Shown piece by piece: positions 1 to 8,562 of a stretch of 64,000 nucleotides of DNA (positions are counted from its first letter, which is position 1; the number at the start of each line of letters is the position of its first letter). The stretch lies in the IMG/VR virus record IMGVR_UViG_3300042922_001018. One strand, written 5' to 3'. The stretch is from a virus. Lineage: Duplodnaviria > Heunggongvirae > Uroviricota > Caudoviricetes. Below the pieces are notes generated by a model. The model was given only the letters and a program-made list of their open reading frames with translations, did not search any database and was not told the DNA's origin. Made by a program: the position numbers and the translations under genes.

Positions 1-38
1 GTGGGATGCCGCTGGAAGCGGGCCTCCGAGGAGGCTTG

Positions 39-125
39 TGCGCATGACTGGACTCGAACCAGCACGCCCGTTGTATAGGGCACGGCGACCTCAACGCCGC
101 GTGTCTACCATTCCACCACATGCGC
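39..125 (-). tRNA. tRNA-Leu(GAG)
   Basis: Cloverleaf on the reverse strand: acceptor GCGCATG/CATGCGC, anticodon loop TT-GAG-GT, long variable arm, GGTTCGAGTCC T-arm. Confidence 0.95.
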
Positions 126-363
126 ATACAAGGCCGACTCAGTTGTGAACGTGGTCCGCACCTTGCTTACCGTTCTCAGCCGGTGTGTCTGCCTGCCGTA
201 ACGTGGCAGGGGCCAGAAGGTTCCGTTTCCAGCTCGACGCCTCATGTTGTCGCCAATGAGGAGCTATCCGTCTACGTGACGGCCCGCTCCGAGTACGACT
301 CGGAGTTCATTGGTGTCGCTACTCGCCAGTAGCGCTCTTTCACGGTGTACGTCCCACCGGCCG

Positions 364-436
364 TGCCCTCAGAGGGACTCGAACCCCCGACCCCCTCATC
401 CGTAGTGAGGTGCTCTATCCACTGAGCTATGAAGGC
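364..436 (-). tRNA. tRNA-Arg(ACG)
   Basis: Cloverleaf; anticodon arm CCTCA-CT-ACG-GA-TGAGG. Confidence 0.95.
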
Positions 437-634
437 GTACGGACTCGACACAGCCGCTAAGCCACGCCTGTCCGCGACGGACACTACCCAGCCGCCCTGG
501 GGCACTCCCTGTCGCCGTGCACGCGCCTGGATATCGAACCGATTTCTCACGGTCTTGTCCTCAACTCCAGGTCTAGGAACTCGCACCAGCCCCGGCGAGT
601 TGGGGTTACGTCGGGCGGGAAACTCGACGCGTTG

Positions 635-707
635 CTGGAATAGAAGGACTCGAACCTTCAACCTACCGGTTAACAGCCGGTCGCTCTGCCGATTGAGCTA
701 TACTCCA
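635..707 (-). tRNA. tRNA-Asn(GTT)
   Basis: Cloverleaf; CCGG-CT-GTT-AA-CCGG. Confidence 0.95.
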
Positions 708-717
708 ATACTGTGAC

Positions 718-976
718 CCACCCCACCGGGACTCGAACTCGACTCGCAAGTCACTAGGCTTACGAATCGCTCGGACGCTCGCGCAATCCGACCGGACGTG
801 TCGTTCGCGACCACGACTGCACAGAGCAAGCCGCCGTCCACCTAAGTGGACCCGCCCCGTTTCCGAGGGCCGCTGAGACCAGATGGTTTCCCACCATGCC
901 TCCCGAAGTAGCCTCTTGGCAGCCCTCGGGCGGTTTAGGTGTAGACCACCGCGTGTACCAATTCCGCCATAAAGCG
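718..976 (-). ncRNA. tRNA-like RNA with a ~170-nt structured insert at the variable-arm position
   Basis: 5' CGCTTTA-TG-GCGGAATTGGTACACGC (Leu-like D arm); GTGGT/ACCGC stem with 10-nt loop; several hairpins; then TCGAG-TTCGAGT-CCCGG and TGGGGTG, which pairs with the 5' end. Confidence 0.55.
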
Positions 977-1005
977 GTCACATTGAAACGTCTTGCGACG
1001 TTCCG

Positions 1006-1078
<73 letters not shown>

Positions 1079-1080
1079 AT

Positions 1081-1195
1081 AACCTACCGTCTCGTTCATA
1101 GAGCCAGCCCGCTCTGCCGATTGAGCTACCGCCCCTTAGAGGAGCGAATGGGACTCGAACCCACAACCGGCCAGCCGTGCACGATACGGCAAGTC
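1081..1195 (-). ncRNA. Circularly permuted tRNA-like RNA (YrlA/Y RNA-like)
   Basis: Order is T-arm (GTGGG-TTCGAGT-CCCAT), closed acceptor stem (TCGCTCC-TCTAA-GGGGCGG), D-arm (TA-GCTC-AATCGGCA-GAGC); the 5' and 3' flanks pair into a long bulged stem. Confidence 0.8.
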
Positions 1196-1250
1196 CCTCC
1201 AACGCTCCGGAGCGCTGGGTTGAATCGAACGCTTGCAACCGTCCGACCAG

Positions 1251-1324
1251 TCGGGATAACAGGATTTGAACCTGCGACTTCTCGCTCCCAAAGCGAGCGC
1301 TCTACCAAGCTGAGCTACACCCCG
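1251..1324 (-). tRNA. tRNA-Pro(TGG)
   Basis: Cloverleaf; CTCGC-TT-TGG-GA-GCGAG. Confidence 0.95.
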
Positions 1325-1563
1325 ATGTGAGCTGTATCGGGCATCCCCGCCGGACTTCTCGCGTGTCGCAAGACACGCGATTCACCGGAGCGACTTCATC
1401 ACGGGGTTCGCGCCCTAAGGGTACGCGTTACCGCGACTGGTCACTGTTCATGAACACGTGGAGTCCAAACCTTTAGGCGCCCGTCGGCCCCTGTCAAGGT
1501 CTGTCGCTCCTCCGCCTTGGAGCACGCCCGTTACCGGGTCGAGGTGAGTGTTCATCACCACCG

Positions 1564-1636
1564 TGGAGCCTAGGAGATTCGAACTCCTGACATCCTGCTT
1601 GCAAAGCAGGCGCTCTACCAACTGAGCTAAGGCCCC
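1564..1636 (-). tRNA. tRNA-Ala(TGC)
   Basis: Cloverleaf; CCTGC-TT-TGC-AA-GCAGG. Confidence 0.96.
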
Positions 1637-1720
1637 ATTCGGTTCAGGAAGATGCGAGACTCGGCCTTGCTCACGGGTGCCCCCGCGAACTACCTCCACT
1701 CGACGCTGTGTTCTGTCTTC

Positions 1721-1822
1721 CATCGCCTAGAAGTTGTCGCACCGTTCCATCATCCCGGCAACCCCTTGCGGGACCAGTCGGAGAATCGAACTCCCCGGAA
1801 ACTTCAACTTCCTAAGCACGAG
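1721..1822 (-). ncRNA. Divergent permuted tRNA-like RNA
   Basis: CTTAGGAAGTTG/CAACTTCTAGG closing stem encloses a GGAG-TTCGATT-CTCC T-arm and a GGTCCC-GCAA-GGGGTT hairpin. Confidence 0.5.
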
Positions 1823-1869
1823 CGTACCATGCATCCACATCGTACGCAAGTCGAGAACTCGATGAGTCT

Positions 1870-1959
1870 CGAAGAATCAAGGGAGCGCGCTCTTATGCCG
1901 ATTGCACCACCCCGCCCGACCGGGCGGGGACGGGACTCGAACCCGTATCTCTCCCTTCG
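1870..1959 (-). ncRNA. Permuted tRNA-like RNA (YrlA-like)
   Basis: AAGGGAG/CTCCCTT closing stem; ACGGG-TTCGAGT-CCCGT T-arm; CCCGCCC-GGTC-GGGCGGG closed acceptor stem; TG-GTGC-AATCG-GCAT D-like arm. Confidence 0.65.
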
Positions 1960-2033
1960 TCTGGGTAACAGGATTTGAACCTGCGACCTCCGCGTCCCGA
2001 ACGCGGCGCTCTACCAAGCTGAGCCATACCCAG
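1960..2033 (-). tRNA. tRNA-Pro(CGG)
   Basis: Cloverleaf; CCGCG-TT-CGG-GA-CGCGG. Confidence 0.95.
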
Positions 2034-2226
2034 TCATCGAATGGTCAGACGCCCTGTCGAACAGGTTCGGCCCTGGTCACTCCGGACTCGCAAGCTGTTT
2101 TCTGATTTCACTCGACTTTACAGTTCCACGCGGCGAACTCCCCATCCACGGCGCTCACCGTGACCGAGGAGTGGACCCCGGCGCCGTACACTAGCGCGGA
2201 GCTACTTGCGCTAGGTGTCGAACTTG

Positions 2227-2300
2227 CGACCCTGACGGGACTTGAACCCGCGACCTCCGCCGTGACAGGGCGGCACGCTAACCAACTGCGCTACAGGGCC
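2227..2300 (-). tRNA. tRNA-Asp(GTC)
   Basis: Cloverleaf; CCGCC-CT-GTC-AC-GGCGG. Confidence 0.95.
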
Positions 2301-2377
2301 ATAGGCGGACCGAAGTGTCAACCCGCCATGGCAACACCCTAACGTGGGTGTCAGACGACAACCGAATGGTTGCACTG

Positions 2378-2451
2378 CGAGACCGACGGGACTTGAACCC
2401 GCGACTTCCACCGTGACAGGGTGGCACTCTAACCGACTGAGCTACGGCCCC
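2378..2451 (-). tRNA. tRNA-Asp(GTC), second copy
   Basis: Cloverleaf; CCACC-CT-GTC-AC-GGTGG. Confidence 0.95.
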
Positions 2452-2572
2452 AGAGAACGACAAGTAGTGGTGCATCCCGCCTGCGCCCCATTCAGGCGCG
2501 CCGACCCATATAGGGCCGAAGGCACTTCTCGTCGCAGGAACAGTCCACGATGCACTCGCTCGCCGTTCTTTG

Positions 2573-2646
2573 TCGCCCACGCTGATTTCGAGTCAGCGAC
2601 CTCCGTCCCCCTATGGGACGGTGCTCTACCTCTGAGCTAGTGAGCG
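2573..2646 (-). ncRNA. Atypical tRNA (9-nt anticodon loop, non-canonical T loop)
   Basis: CGCTCAC/GTGGGCG acceptor, normal D arm, CCGTC-CCATAGGGG-GACGG, GCTGA-CTCGAAA-TCAGC. Confidence 0.7.
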
Positions 2647-2979
2647 TCAACGCCACCGTAGCGGCGCCGTGGTGTTCTACAGCCGCTCCGATGCCTCGGC
2701 CTACGGACTGCTCACCACTCGGGACTTTCACCCGTGTGACCCCCGCTCGCGCCCTTCCTATGTATTGCGACGCGGCGTCCGAGGCGGTCGCTATCTCCGC
2801 CTCAGTGTTCTACTCGGCCCTAGGTCTTGCCGAGTCACGCGTGACCCACCCGGAGGCGTCACGCTTACAGTTTCAAGCTGGGCACTTGTTCCCTACACTG
2901 CCAGGAAGTCGGTTTCACGCTGACCGACCTAACGGGGAGGACGACACGCAGCGAACGTATCGGCGGACCCTGTCACCAG

Positions 2980-3052
<73 letters not shown>

Positions 3053-3383
3053 ACACAGACCGCCTACCAGTTGACCGCTGGTCGGCTTCCGGACGCTTCA
3101 GAGAAGGTCAACTGTCCTTCACGCCGGGTACCCTCGTCTGCAAGGGGTTGACTCAACAGGCGGACTCCCGAGTCGAAGGAGCGGGATGAACCGAAGCCAG
3201 GACACCATCCTGCTCACAATGAGTATGCTTCGGCATGACTGCCCTACGCCGTGCGTAGCACGGTCGCTGATGGAGTGGTCTCAGAAAGCTTAGGGCTGCT
3301 TCGCGCTCCGTATCGCTAGGCTGCCAGTATTACGGCGGACCGCATTGACCTTATCCTGAGAGAGCAAGACCTTGCTTGCTACG

Positions 3384-3456
3384 AGGGACGTGGGGGATTC
3401 GAACCCCCGTCATCACTTTGGAAGAGTGAGGTACTAGGCCTCTATACGAACATCCC
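3384..3456 (-). tRNA. tRNA-Gly(TCC)
   Basis: Cloverleaf; TCACT-CT-TCC-AA-AGTGA. Confidence 0.9.
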
Positions 3457-3714
3457 ATAGCCTGATTCACGGTTGTTGTTACCGAGAGTCGCTCGCACCA
3501 TCGAGCACAGGCCGCTGACTGTTTCGCGCATCGGAGGTAGATGGTTGCAACGTCCGAGTCGCCATGCGTCAAGGACACCTACCTGTTCCCGCTTACGGCG
3601 GTGAAGCTATTCGACTTGCTCACACTCTGCTGACAGCCAACGGATTCCGTAAGCTCTCAGCAAGAGTGCGAGCGCAGGTCGCTACCCCTGTCCTATCCGT
3701 CAGACTGGAACGGT

Positions 3715-3912
3715 CTAGTTGCCACTCTCGAAGAGAGCAGTTTCAAGTTCGTCGCGACTCGACAGCGGCATGACCCGCCAGAAGTAGTCACCGTCATCCT
3801 CCGGAAGCCGGAACTCCAGCTCCCCGATTTCTTCAGCGCTGAACGGTCCGTACACCGTGGTGTAGTCCGCGTCGCCGTCGCTCCGTACGATGACGTGTGT
3901 CTTGTCACTCAT
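3715..3912 (-). CDS. Small acidic hypothetical protein inside the tRNA array
   Basis: 65-aa ORF with protein-like composition; TAGAGT-aggggaATG upstream. Confidence 0.6.
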   Translation of the reverse strand: MSDKTHVIVRSDGDADYTTVYGPFSAEEIGELEFRLPEDDGDYFWRVMPLSSRDELETALFESGN

Positions 3913-4086
3913 TCCCCTACTCTATCACGAGATGAGGGGACCAGACCGGCCGCTGACGCACGCGATTTGCGGCTCCACCGTCCACACGGCCGGTCATGGG
4001 GTCTGCGCTAAAGTCAAAGACTGGGCGATTCGTCAAAATGAACCCATCAGCCGGGAGACAAGCGGCGCATTCGCCTGCTATTCCTG

Positions 4087-4158
4087 TAGGCCCATAGGGA
4101 ATCGAACCCTAGACACTCGGATTAAAAGTCCGCAGCTCTACCACTGAGCTATAGGCCC
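4087..4158 (-). tRNA. tRNA-Lys(TTT)
   Basis: Cloverleaf; CGGA-CT-TTT-AA-TCCG. Confidence 0.93.
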
Positions 4159-4292
4159 GCAGCACGCTGCACCTTTGCCATTTACGCCACCACAGCGTCA
4201 GGGTCATTGGATAAGGCGAGCTTCACCTTGGATGCCCACCGTAGCTTCCGTCCGCCTTGGTAGTGCGACGCGAGAAGCATGGTGAGCAGGGG

Positions 4293-4377
4293 TGGTGCCA
4301 GTGGAGAGATTCGAACTCCCGAAGCATTACACGGCTGATTTACAGTCAGCTCCCTTTGGCCACTTGGGTACACTGGC
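4293..4377 (-). tRNA. tRNA-Tyr(GTA), CCA encoded
   Basis: Class II cloverleaf; GCTGA-CT-GTA-AA-TCAGC; ends ACCA. Confidence 0.95.
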
Positions 4378-4535
4378 ATTCATTCGCCCGACCGGAAGCC
4401 GGGTGAATCAATAGCGGATTGAGACCGAGTCTGCGGGGCTACCCACTCCCTCGAAGAAGACGCTGCCTCCTACCGCTCTATGGTTGGTCGGCTACCCCTC
4501 TTTCCGCTTCATGACGCGAGGTCGAGGAGACCTTG

Positions 4536-4608
4536 TGCACCCCCTGGGACTTGAACCCAGAACCCACTGATTAAGAGTCAGTTGCTCTGCCGATTGAGCT
4601 AGAGGTGC
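4536..4608 (-). tRNA. tRNA-Lys(CTT)
   Basis: Cloverleaf; ACTGA-CT-CTT-AA-TCAGT. Confidence 0.95.
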
Positions 4609-4790
4609 GTAGCCAAGGGCGCTCCCCGGCAGTTCCATCGCTTCGAGCAGTGCGCTCGCGAGGCATACCGATTAGCGGCCCTTGGCCGTTAAAACTTCAT
4701 CCACTATGGAGTTCCCAAAGAACACCCGCCGTATCAACTTCCGTCTCCCGACGAAAGAGGTTGCCCACCATGGTGGGGGCGGTGGACTCG

Positions 4791-4819
4791 ACGTTACCGG
4801 GTTACCCCGATTCTGTCAA
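4791..4819 (-). promoter_or_regulatory. SigA-type promoter reading into the tRNA array
   Basis: TTGACA-17 nt-TAACGT on the minus strand. Confidence 0.7.
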
Positions 4820-4824
4820 GTTCG

Positions 4825-4897
4825 CGGGTCTGACAGGACTTGAACCTGCAACCGGCGGTTTTGGAGACCGCTGCTCTACCAATTGAGCTACATACCC
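4825..4897 (-). tRNA. tRNA-Trp(CCA)
   Basis: Cloverleaf; GCGGT-CT-CCA-AA-ACCGC. Confidence 0.95.
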
Positions 4898-5018
4898 ATG
4901 TATCTTGCTGTTGAGTTATACGAGAAGAGGCCTCCCGGTGTGGGAAGCCTCTGGGTTTTGGTCCGATTTCTCGGACTTCTCGGTCTGATTCTTGTGAACC
5001 ATCCGGGTCTGCTTTCGC

Positions 5019-5171
5019 TTACCGGTTGACCTCCAGAGGCTGCGCCGTCCCATCGAAGCTATACGGCTTCTGGGTGCGCCAATTCGCCTTCGACAGGTGA
5101 ATGGACGCGGGGGATTCGACGGCGCCACAAAGCACTGCGCGTCCTGCGCCTTGCTTCATTTTGTTCGCCAT
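5019..5171 (-). CDS. 50-aa basic peptide leading the tRNA array
   Basis: AAGGAG Shine-Dalgarno site 6 nt before the ATG of MANKMKQG... Confidence 0.55.
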   Translation of the reverse strand: MANKMKQGAGRAVLCGAVESPASIHLSKANWRTQKPYSFDGTAQPLEVNR

Positions 5172-5264
5172 GCGAATCTCCTTGGTTGGTGACCTGGGTA
5201 GGTCGTTCGTGTTCACTCTAGCACACGCACCCGAAGATGTGTGAACTATGTCGTGCGTACTTCG

Positions 5265-5273
5265 TGTAGGCGG
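5265..5273 (-). promoter_or_regulatory. CCGCCTACA motif upstream of the tRNA array
   Basis: Exact intergenic copy of the regulon motif, pointing into the array. Confidence 0.55.
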
Positions 5274-5347
5274 CGGATGTAGACCCGTGATTCCGTCCAA
5301 CAACAAGCAGCCTATCACACGTTCCGAAGAACGCGCAACCCCTAGTT

Positions 5348-5902
5348 TCAGGGAAGGTCGTCAGCGGGAGAGAAGAACTCCGGAGACGTGCGCGCCCGCT
5401 CATGCGCAGCGCGAACCTCGGGGTCAGCGAGAGCCAGCTCTTCCAGCGGCATCGCCACGCGCGGCTGAGAGGCCAGGCTGCTCGTGCGCATGAGATTCAG
5501 CCGCTCCCCGGAAGACTGAATCATCCGGCGCATGGCGTCCGAGAACTCTGGCGAGATGGAGTGGTAATGCCCCAGCATCGAGGTCAGCGCCGCACGCGAC
5601 TCGGGAGACATGTCCTCGTTCTCGGCTGCCTTCGCCTTCAACTCCTCGATAGTCAGCGGCTCTTCCGCGGGCAGCAGCGCCCGCAGCGTGTCAACGTCGA
5701 TAGAAACTTCACGGGTCTCGAACCCCTGTCCATCGTCGTACACCTCTTCTCGGAGGATACGACGCGCTTCCTCAACGGCGTCATCATGCGCTGACGATGA
5801 TGCGTCCAGAACGACTTCCGGAGACGACCCCGACTTCTCAGCGAACTTGCCGTCAGATGAACGCGGCGTCTCGAACGGGTCGAAGTAGCGAGGCCCAGGC
5901 AT
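5348..5902 (-). CDS. Tagged protein (N-terminal PRSSDGKFAEKSGSSPEVVL), unknown function
   Basis: 184-aa ORF with the shared N-terminal tag; coupled to the stop codon of the upstream gene. Confidence 0.85.
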   Translation of the reverse strand: MPGPRYFDPFETPRSSDGKFAEKSGSSPEVVLDASSSAHDDAVEEARRILREEVYDDGQGFETREVSIDVDTLRALLPAEEPLTIEELKAKAAENEDMSPESRAALTSMLGHYHSISPEFSDAMRRMIQSSGERLNLMRTSSLASQPRVAMPLEELALADPEVRAAHERARTSPEFFSPADDLP

Positions 5903-6180
5903 CAGTCGTCCCAGCGGTCATCGAAGCCGTGGGCGTCCGTTGTCCGCAGAGCGTCCGGGTCGGCATTCCCCACGATACCAGCGTAGTACGCGGCTTCGGC
6001 TTCAGTGTCATGGTTCGAGCAGTGGTAGTCCACGTCGCACTCGCACTCGCGGCCGGGAAGGAGAAAGCCGTTCTGCGGACCGGGAATGTCGGCGTCCAGT
6101 GCAACCTCGGGCGACGCGCCGGTCTTCTCGGCGAACTTGCCATCGGTTGCTCGCACGACTTCGTTTTCGTTGAAGCTCAT
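5902..6180 (-). CDS. Tagged small protein (MSFNENEVVRATDGKFAEKTGASPEVAL) with a CxC..HCxxH motif
   Basis: Start re-assigned to ATG 6180, 7 nt after CCGCCTACA. Confidence 0.85.
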   Translation of the reverse strand: MSFNENEVVRATDGKFAEKTGASPEVALDADIPGPQNGFLLPGRECECDVDYHCSNHDTEAEAAYYAGIVGNADPDALRTTDAHGFDDRWDD

Positions 6181-6187
6181 GAACGGA

Positions 6188-6196
6188 TGTAGGCGG
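6188..6196 (-). promoter_or_regulatory. CCGCCTACA-N7-ATG motif
   Basis: 7 nt upstream of a tagged ORF start. Confidence 0.8.
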
Positions 6197-7270
6197 TCAA
6201 GCGACCGCGCCATTCCATACGCGCTGGGCGAAAGCCATCTCGTCCCCGTCGCAGTCAGCCTGGTACGGGCCGCGCCACGTAGGGACGATGACCTTCGCCA
6301 TGCAGTCGGCCAGCAGTTCCAGCCCGGCATTCCCCGTGGTGAACAGCGCAGCCAGCGTTGGGGAGTCGATGAGCGCCCAGTAGTTCTTGAACTGAATCTG
6401 ATGAGCGTACTCGTGAGCCATCGGCCCCATCCAGTAGCCCTTCGAGTTGCCTGCGACACGATTCGCTACGATGACGCGACCATCCGGGTGAGCACACGCG
6501 ATAGCCGCTGCCATCTCACATACGATGTCCGCCCGCTCTAGATGCACCCATCCGCCGCCCACTGCGTCTAACGCAGAACGAGCGCCTGCCAGAACGGGGT
6601 CTGTGGCAGGCGCTGCGTTTGTATTCGCGGAAGGGTCAGGTGTCGGTGGAGGCTCCTCGTTCGGGTCTAGGCCTTCACGCTGCTCCCGTTCCAGCTCTTG
6701 CTGTTCTTGTTCAGCGCGAAGACGTTCCTGCTCCGCGTCGTATTCCTGGACTTCGGTCCGCAGAACGTTCATCGCGTCTCGTACTGTAGCCGTGGAGTTC
6801 GCCACGACGGCTGGATTCTCGCGTTCAGCCGCTACCCGGTCCTGCTCAGCAGAGACCGTTCGCTCGAACCCGGAGACATCCACCTTCGGCCGAGCCTCAT
6901 CGAGGAGAGCTGCGGCTTCGCCCAACGTGGTGAGGAAGCCTTCCCGGCTAGCGAGAAGCTCCTCCTGCGTCGCGATAGTCGCGTCTTTCTCCGCCACCGC
7001 CGACTCTAGCTCAGCGATACGCGCCTCAGCGTCCCCCGTCTGTTGACGGGCTTCCGCCGAAGTCGATTCCAGCTCAGCCACGCGCGCACTCGCCGAAGCG
7101 TACTGCGCGCCGAAGAAGATTGCAGCGATGATTGCGATGACTGCCACAGCGAGCATGGCAGCGAACATTGTCACCTTGACCCGAGAGAGTCGCTTCTCCT
7201 GGCGACGACGCTTCGCCCCGTCATGGTTGACGAGGATTTGCGCCGAGCTGTCGTCGAATAGTTCGCTCAT
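6197..7270 (-). CDS. Membrane-anchored coiled-coil protein with a C-terminal HExxH metallopeptidase-like domain
   Basis: N-terminal TM helix, long coiled coil, AHEYAH...ELLADC. Confidence 0.8.
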   Translation of the reverse strand: MSELFDDSSAQILVNHDGAKRRRQEKRLSRVKVTMFAAMLAVAVIAIIAAIFFGAQYASASARVAELESTSAEARQQTGDAEARIAELESAVAEKDATIATQEELLASREGFLTTLGEAAALLDEARPKVDVSGFERTVSAEQDRVAAERENPAVVANSTATVRDAMNVLRTEVQEYDAEQERLRAEQEQQELEREQREGLDPNEEPPPTPDPSANTNAAPATDPVLAGARSALDAVGGGWVHLERADIVCEMAAAIACAHPDGRVIVANRVAGNSKGYWMGPMAHEYAHQIQFKNYWALIDSPTLAALFTTGNAGLELLADCMAKVIVPTWRGPYQADCDGDEMAFAQRVWNGAVA

Positions 7271-7698
7271 ACTCCAGCCAGGCCGTCATCTCGGTCGTCG
7301 GAGCCGGGGCGGCGAGGCTTCAGTAGCCCCTTCTGGTGAGACTTCTCAGCCTCAGCGTCAGCGAGGCGACGCTCGTCGTCCACCGGCTGTGGGGTGCCGA
7401 ACCCGGTGATGAGCGCCTCATCCTTCGAGCCGAAGGGAAGCGCCTTGAAGCGGAACCGTTCGAACTCGTTGAGGACGCGCGAGACATCCTGCGCGGAGCC
7501 GTGAACCTCGATGATGGCGATGCGCGTCTGACTGTCCTTCCAGCCGTACGCGCCATGCGCCGAGTAGTTCACAGACGACCCGTCGAGAACGCTCCAGACG
7601 CGCCACAGGCGACGAAGGTTCGCGGCAACCCGAATGAACCTGGGGGTGGACAGACTCGTGTCTGCCTCGGGGCGCTCCAGAACAGCAGCCTCAGACAT
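7267..7698 (-). CDS. Hypothetical protein
   Basis: Start MSEAAVLERP with GAGGA SD; overlaps its neighbours within an operon. Confidence 0.7.
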   Translation of the reverse strand: MSEAAVLERPEADTSLSTPRFIRVAANLRRLWRVWSVLDGSSVNYSAHGAYGWKDSQTRIAIIEVHGSAQDVSRVLNEFERFRFKALPFGSKDEALITGFGTPQPVDDERRLADAEAEKSHQKGLLKPRRPGSDDRDDGLAGV

Positions 7699-8305
7699 AA
7701 GCGATTCCTCTCGCGCTGGGGGTAAGAAGCTCGGGGATAACCGTCGCCCACTCACTCCAATGATACATCCTACGACCCGGCGTTGCGACGTTGTAGGGGT
7801 GGTCGAAAACGACGTGCTCCCAGAAGGGCGCGATGGCGCCCGTGATGACCGGCTTGTCATCGAGCAGCACGTCACCGAACTCGGTGGTCTTGTCCCACTT
7901 CAGCACGGCGCTATGCGCCAGTTCCGGGGAGAAGTCACGGCCGAGCGCGAGAATCTTGTCGCTCGCGCACGTCGGGTTCGAGGCCGTCGGCGCAGAGCAG
8001 ACCTTCGTCAGGACGCCCTGCATCGCCGAGATTTCAGCCATGGCCTCCTGCGCGCCTTCCATGACCGGAATGCGCTTGTAGAAGTGCGGCAGGTCGAAGA
8101 CGAGCTGCTTCTGCTCCTGGGTCAGAAGCGGAGCGTTGACCATGGGGTTGTAGTCCAGACGCGCCAGGCGGTCCGGCACCGGTACATGCGGGAACCGCTG
8201 TCCTACTTCCTCCCAGAACAGAGCGTCCCAGTCGTAGAGGACATTGTCCATGTCCACCAGGAAGATGAACGGCCGGTCGCTGAACGGCCTAATGATGTCG
8301 TTCAC
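7691..8305 (-). CDS. 5'(3')-deoxyribonucleotidase (HAD, NT5C family)
   Basis: DMDNVL motif I, LLDDKP, FDHPYN. Confidence 0.9.
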   Translation of the reverse strand: MNDIIRPFSDRPFIFLVDMDNVLYDWDALFWEEVGQRFPHVPVPDRLARLDYNPMVNAPLLTQEQKQLVFDLPHFYKRIPVMEGAQEAMAEISAMQGVLTKVCSAPTASNPTCASDKILALGRDFSPELAHSAVLKWDKTTEFGDVLLDDKPVITGAIAPFWEHVVFDHPYNVATPGRRMYHWSEWATVIPELLTPSARGIAYV

Positions 8306-8562
8306 TGCATCCCACTTTCGTCAGTCGTGCTGTTCATCGTACCACTGGTCTCAGAGGACGAGTCGAATCGCTCAGACGCGAAGTCTCCGTTGTGTCGCAA
8401 CGCCTCGGCTTCCAGGAACTCCAGGTTCTCGGGAGAGTCCTTCATAAAGCCCCAACGCAGCGGATTTTGAGGGCACTCGAAGCACTCAACCATCAAGGTC
8501 AGGTGCGTGTCCTCGGGACTCAAAGAGACCGGGACGACCGTAGCACGATGCTCATTCGGCAT
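8302..8562 (-). CDS. Small hypothetical protein with CxxC
   Basis: ORF with overlapping start/stop codons within an operon. Confidence 0.55.
   Translation of the reverse strand: MPNEHRATVVPVSLSPEDTHLTLMVECFECPQNPLRWGFMKDSPENLEFLEAEALRHNGDFASERFDSSSETSGTMNSTTDESGMQ

Noticed and set aside
718-976. tmRNA or group I intron-containing tRNA
   Set aside because: It has a D stem, lacks Ala identity and a tag-like ORF end, and shows no recognisable group I core; kept as an unknown ncRNA.
1455-1500. Second SigA promoter (TTGACA...) within the tRNA array
   Set aside because: The -35 is perfect but there is no TANNNT at acceptable spacing, so support is insufficient.
6181-6196. CCGCCTACA as an alternative Shine-Dalgarno site
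   Set aside because: It is not complementary to the 16S anti-SD. Copies also occur without a matching ORF start (5265) or ahead of an SD-led gene (15775), which fits a promoter better.
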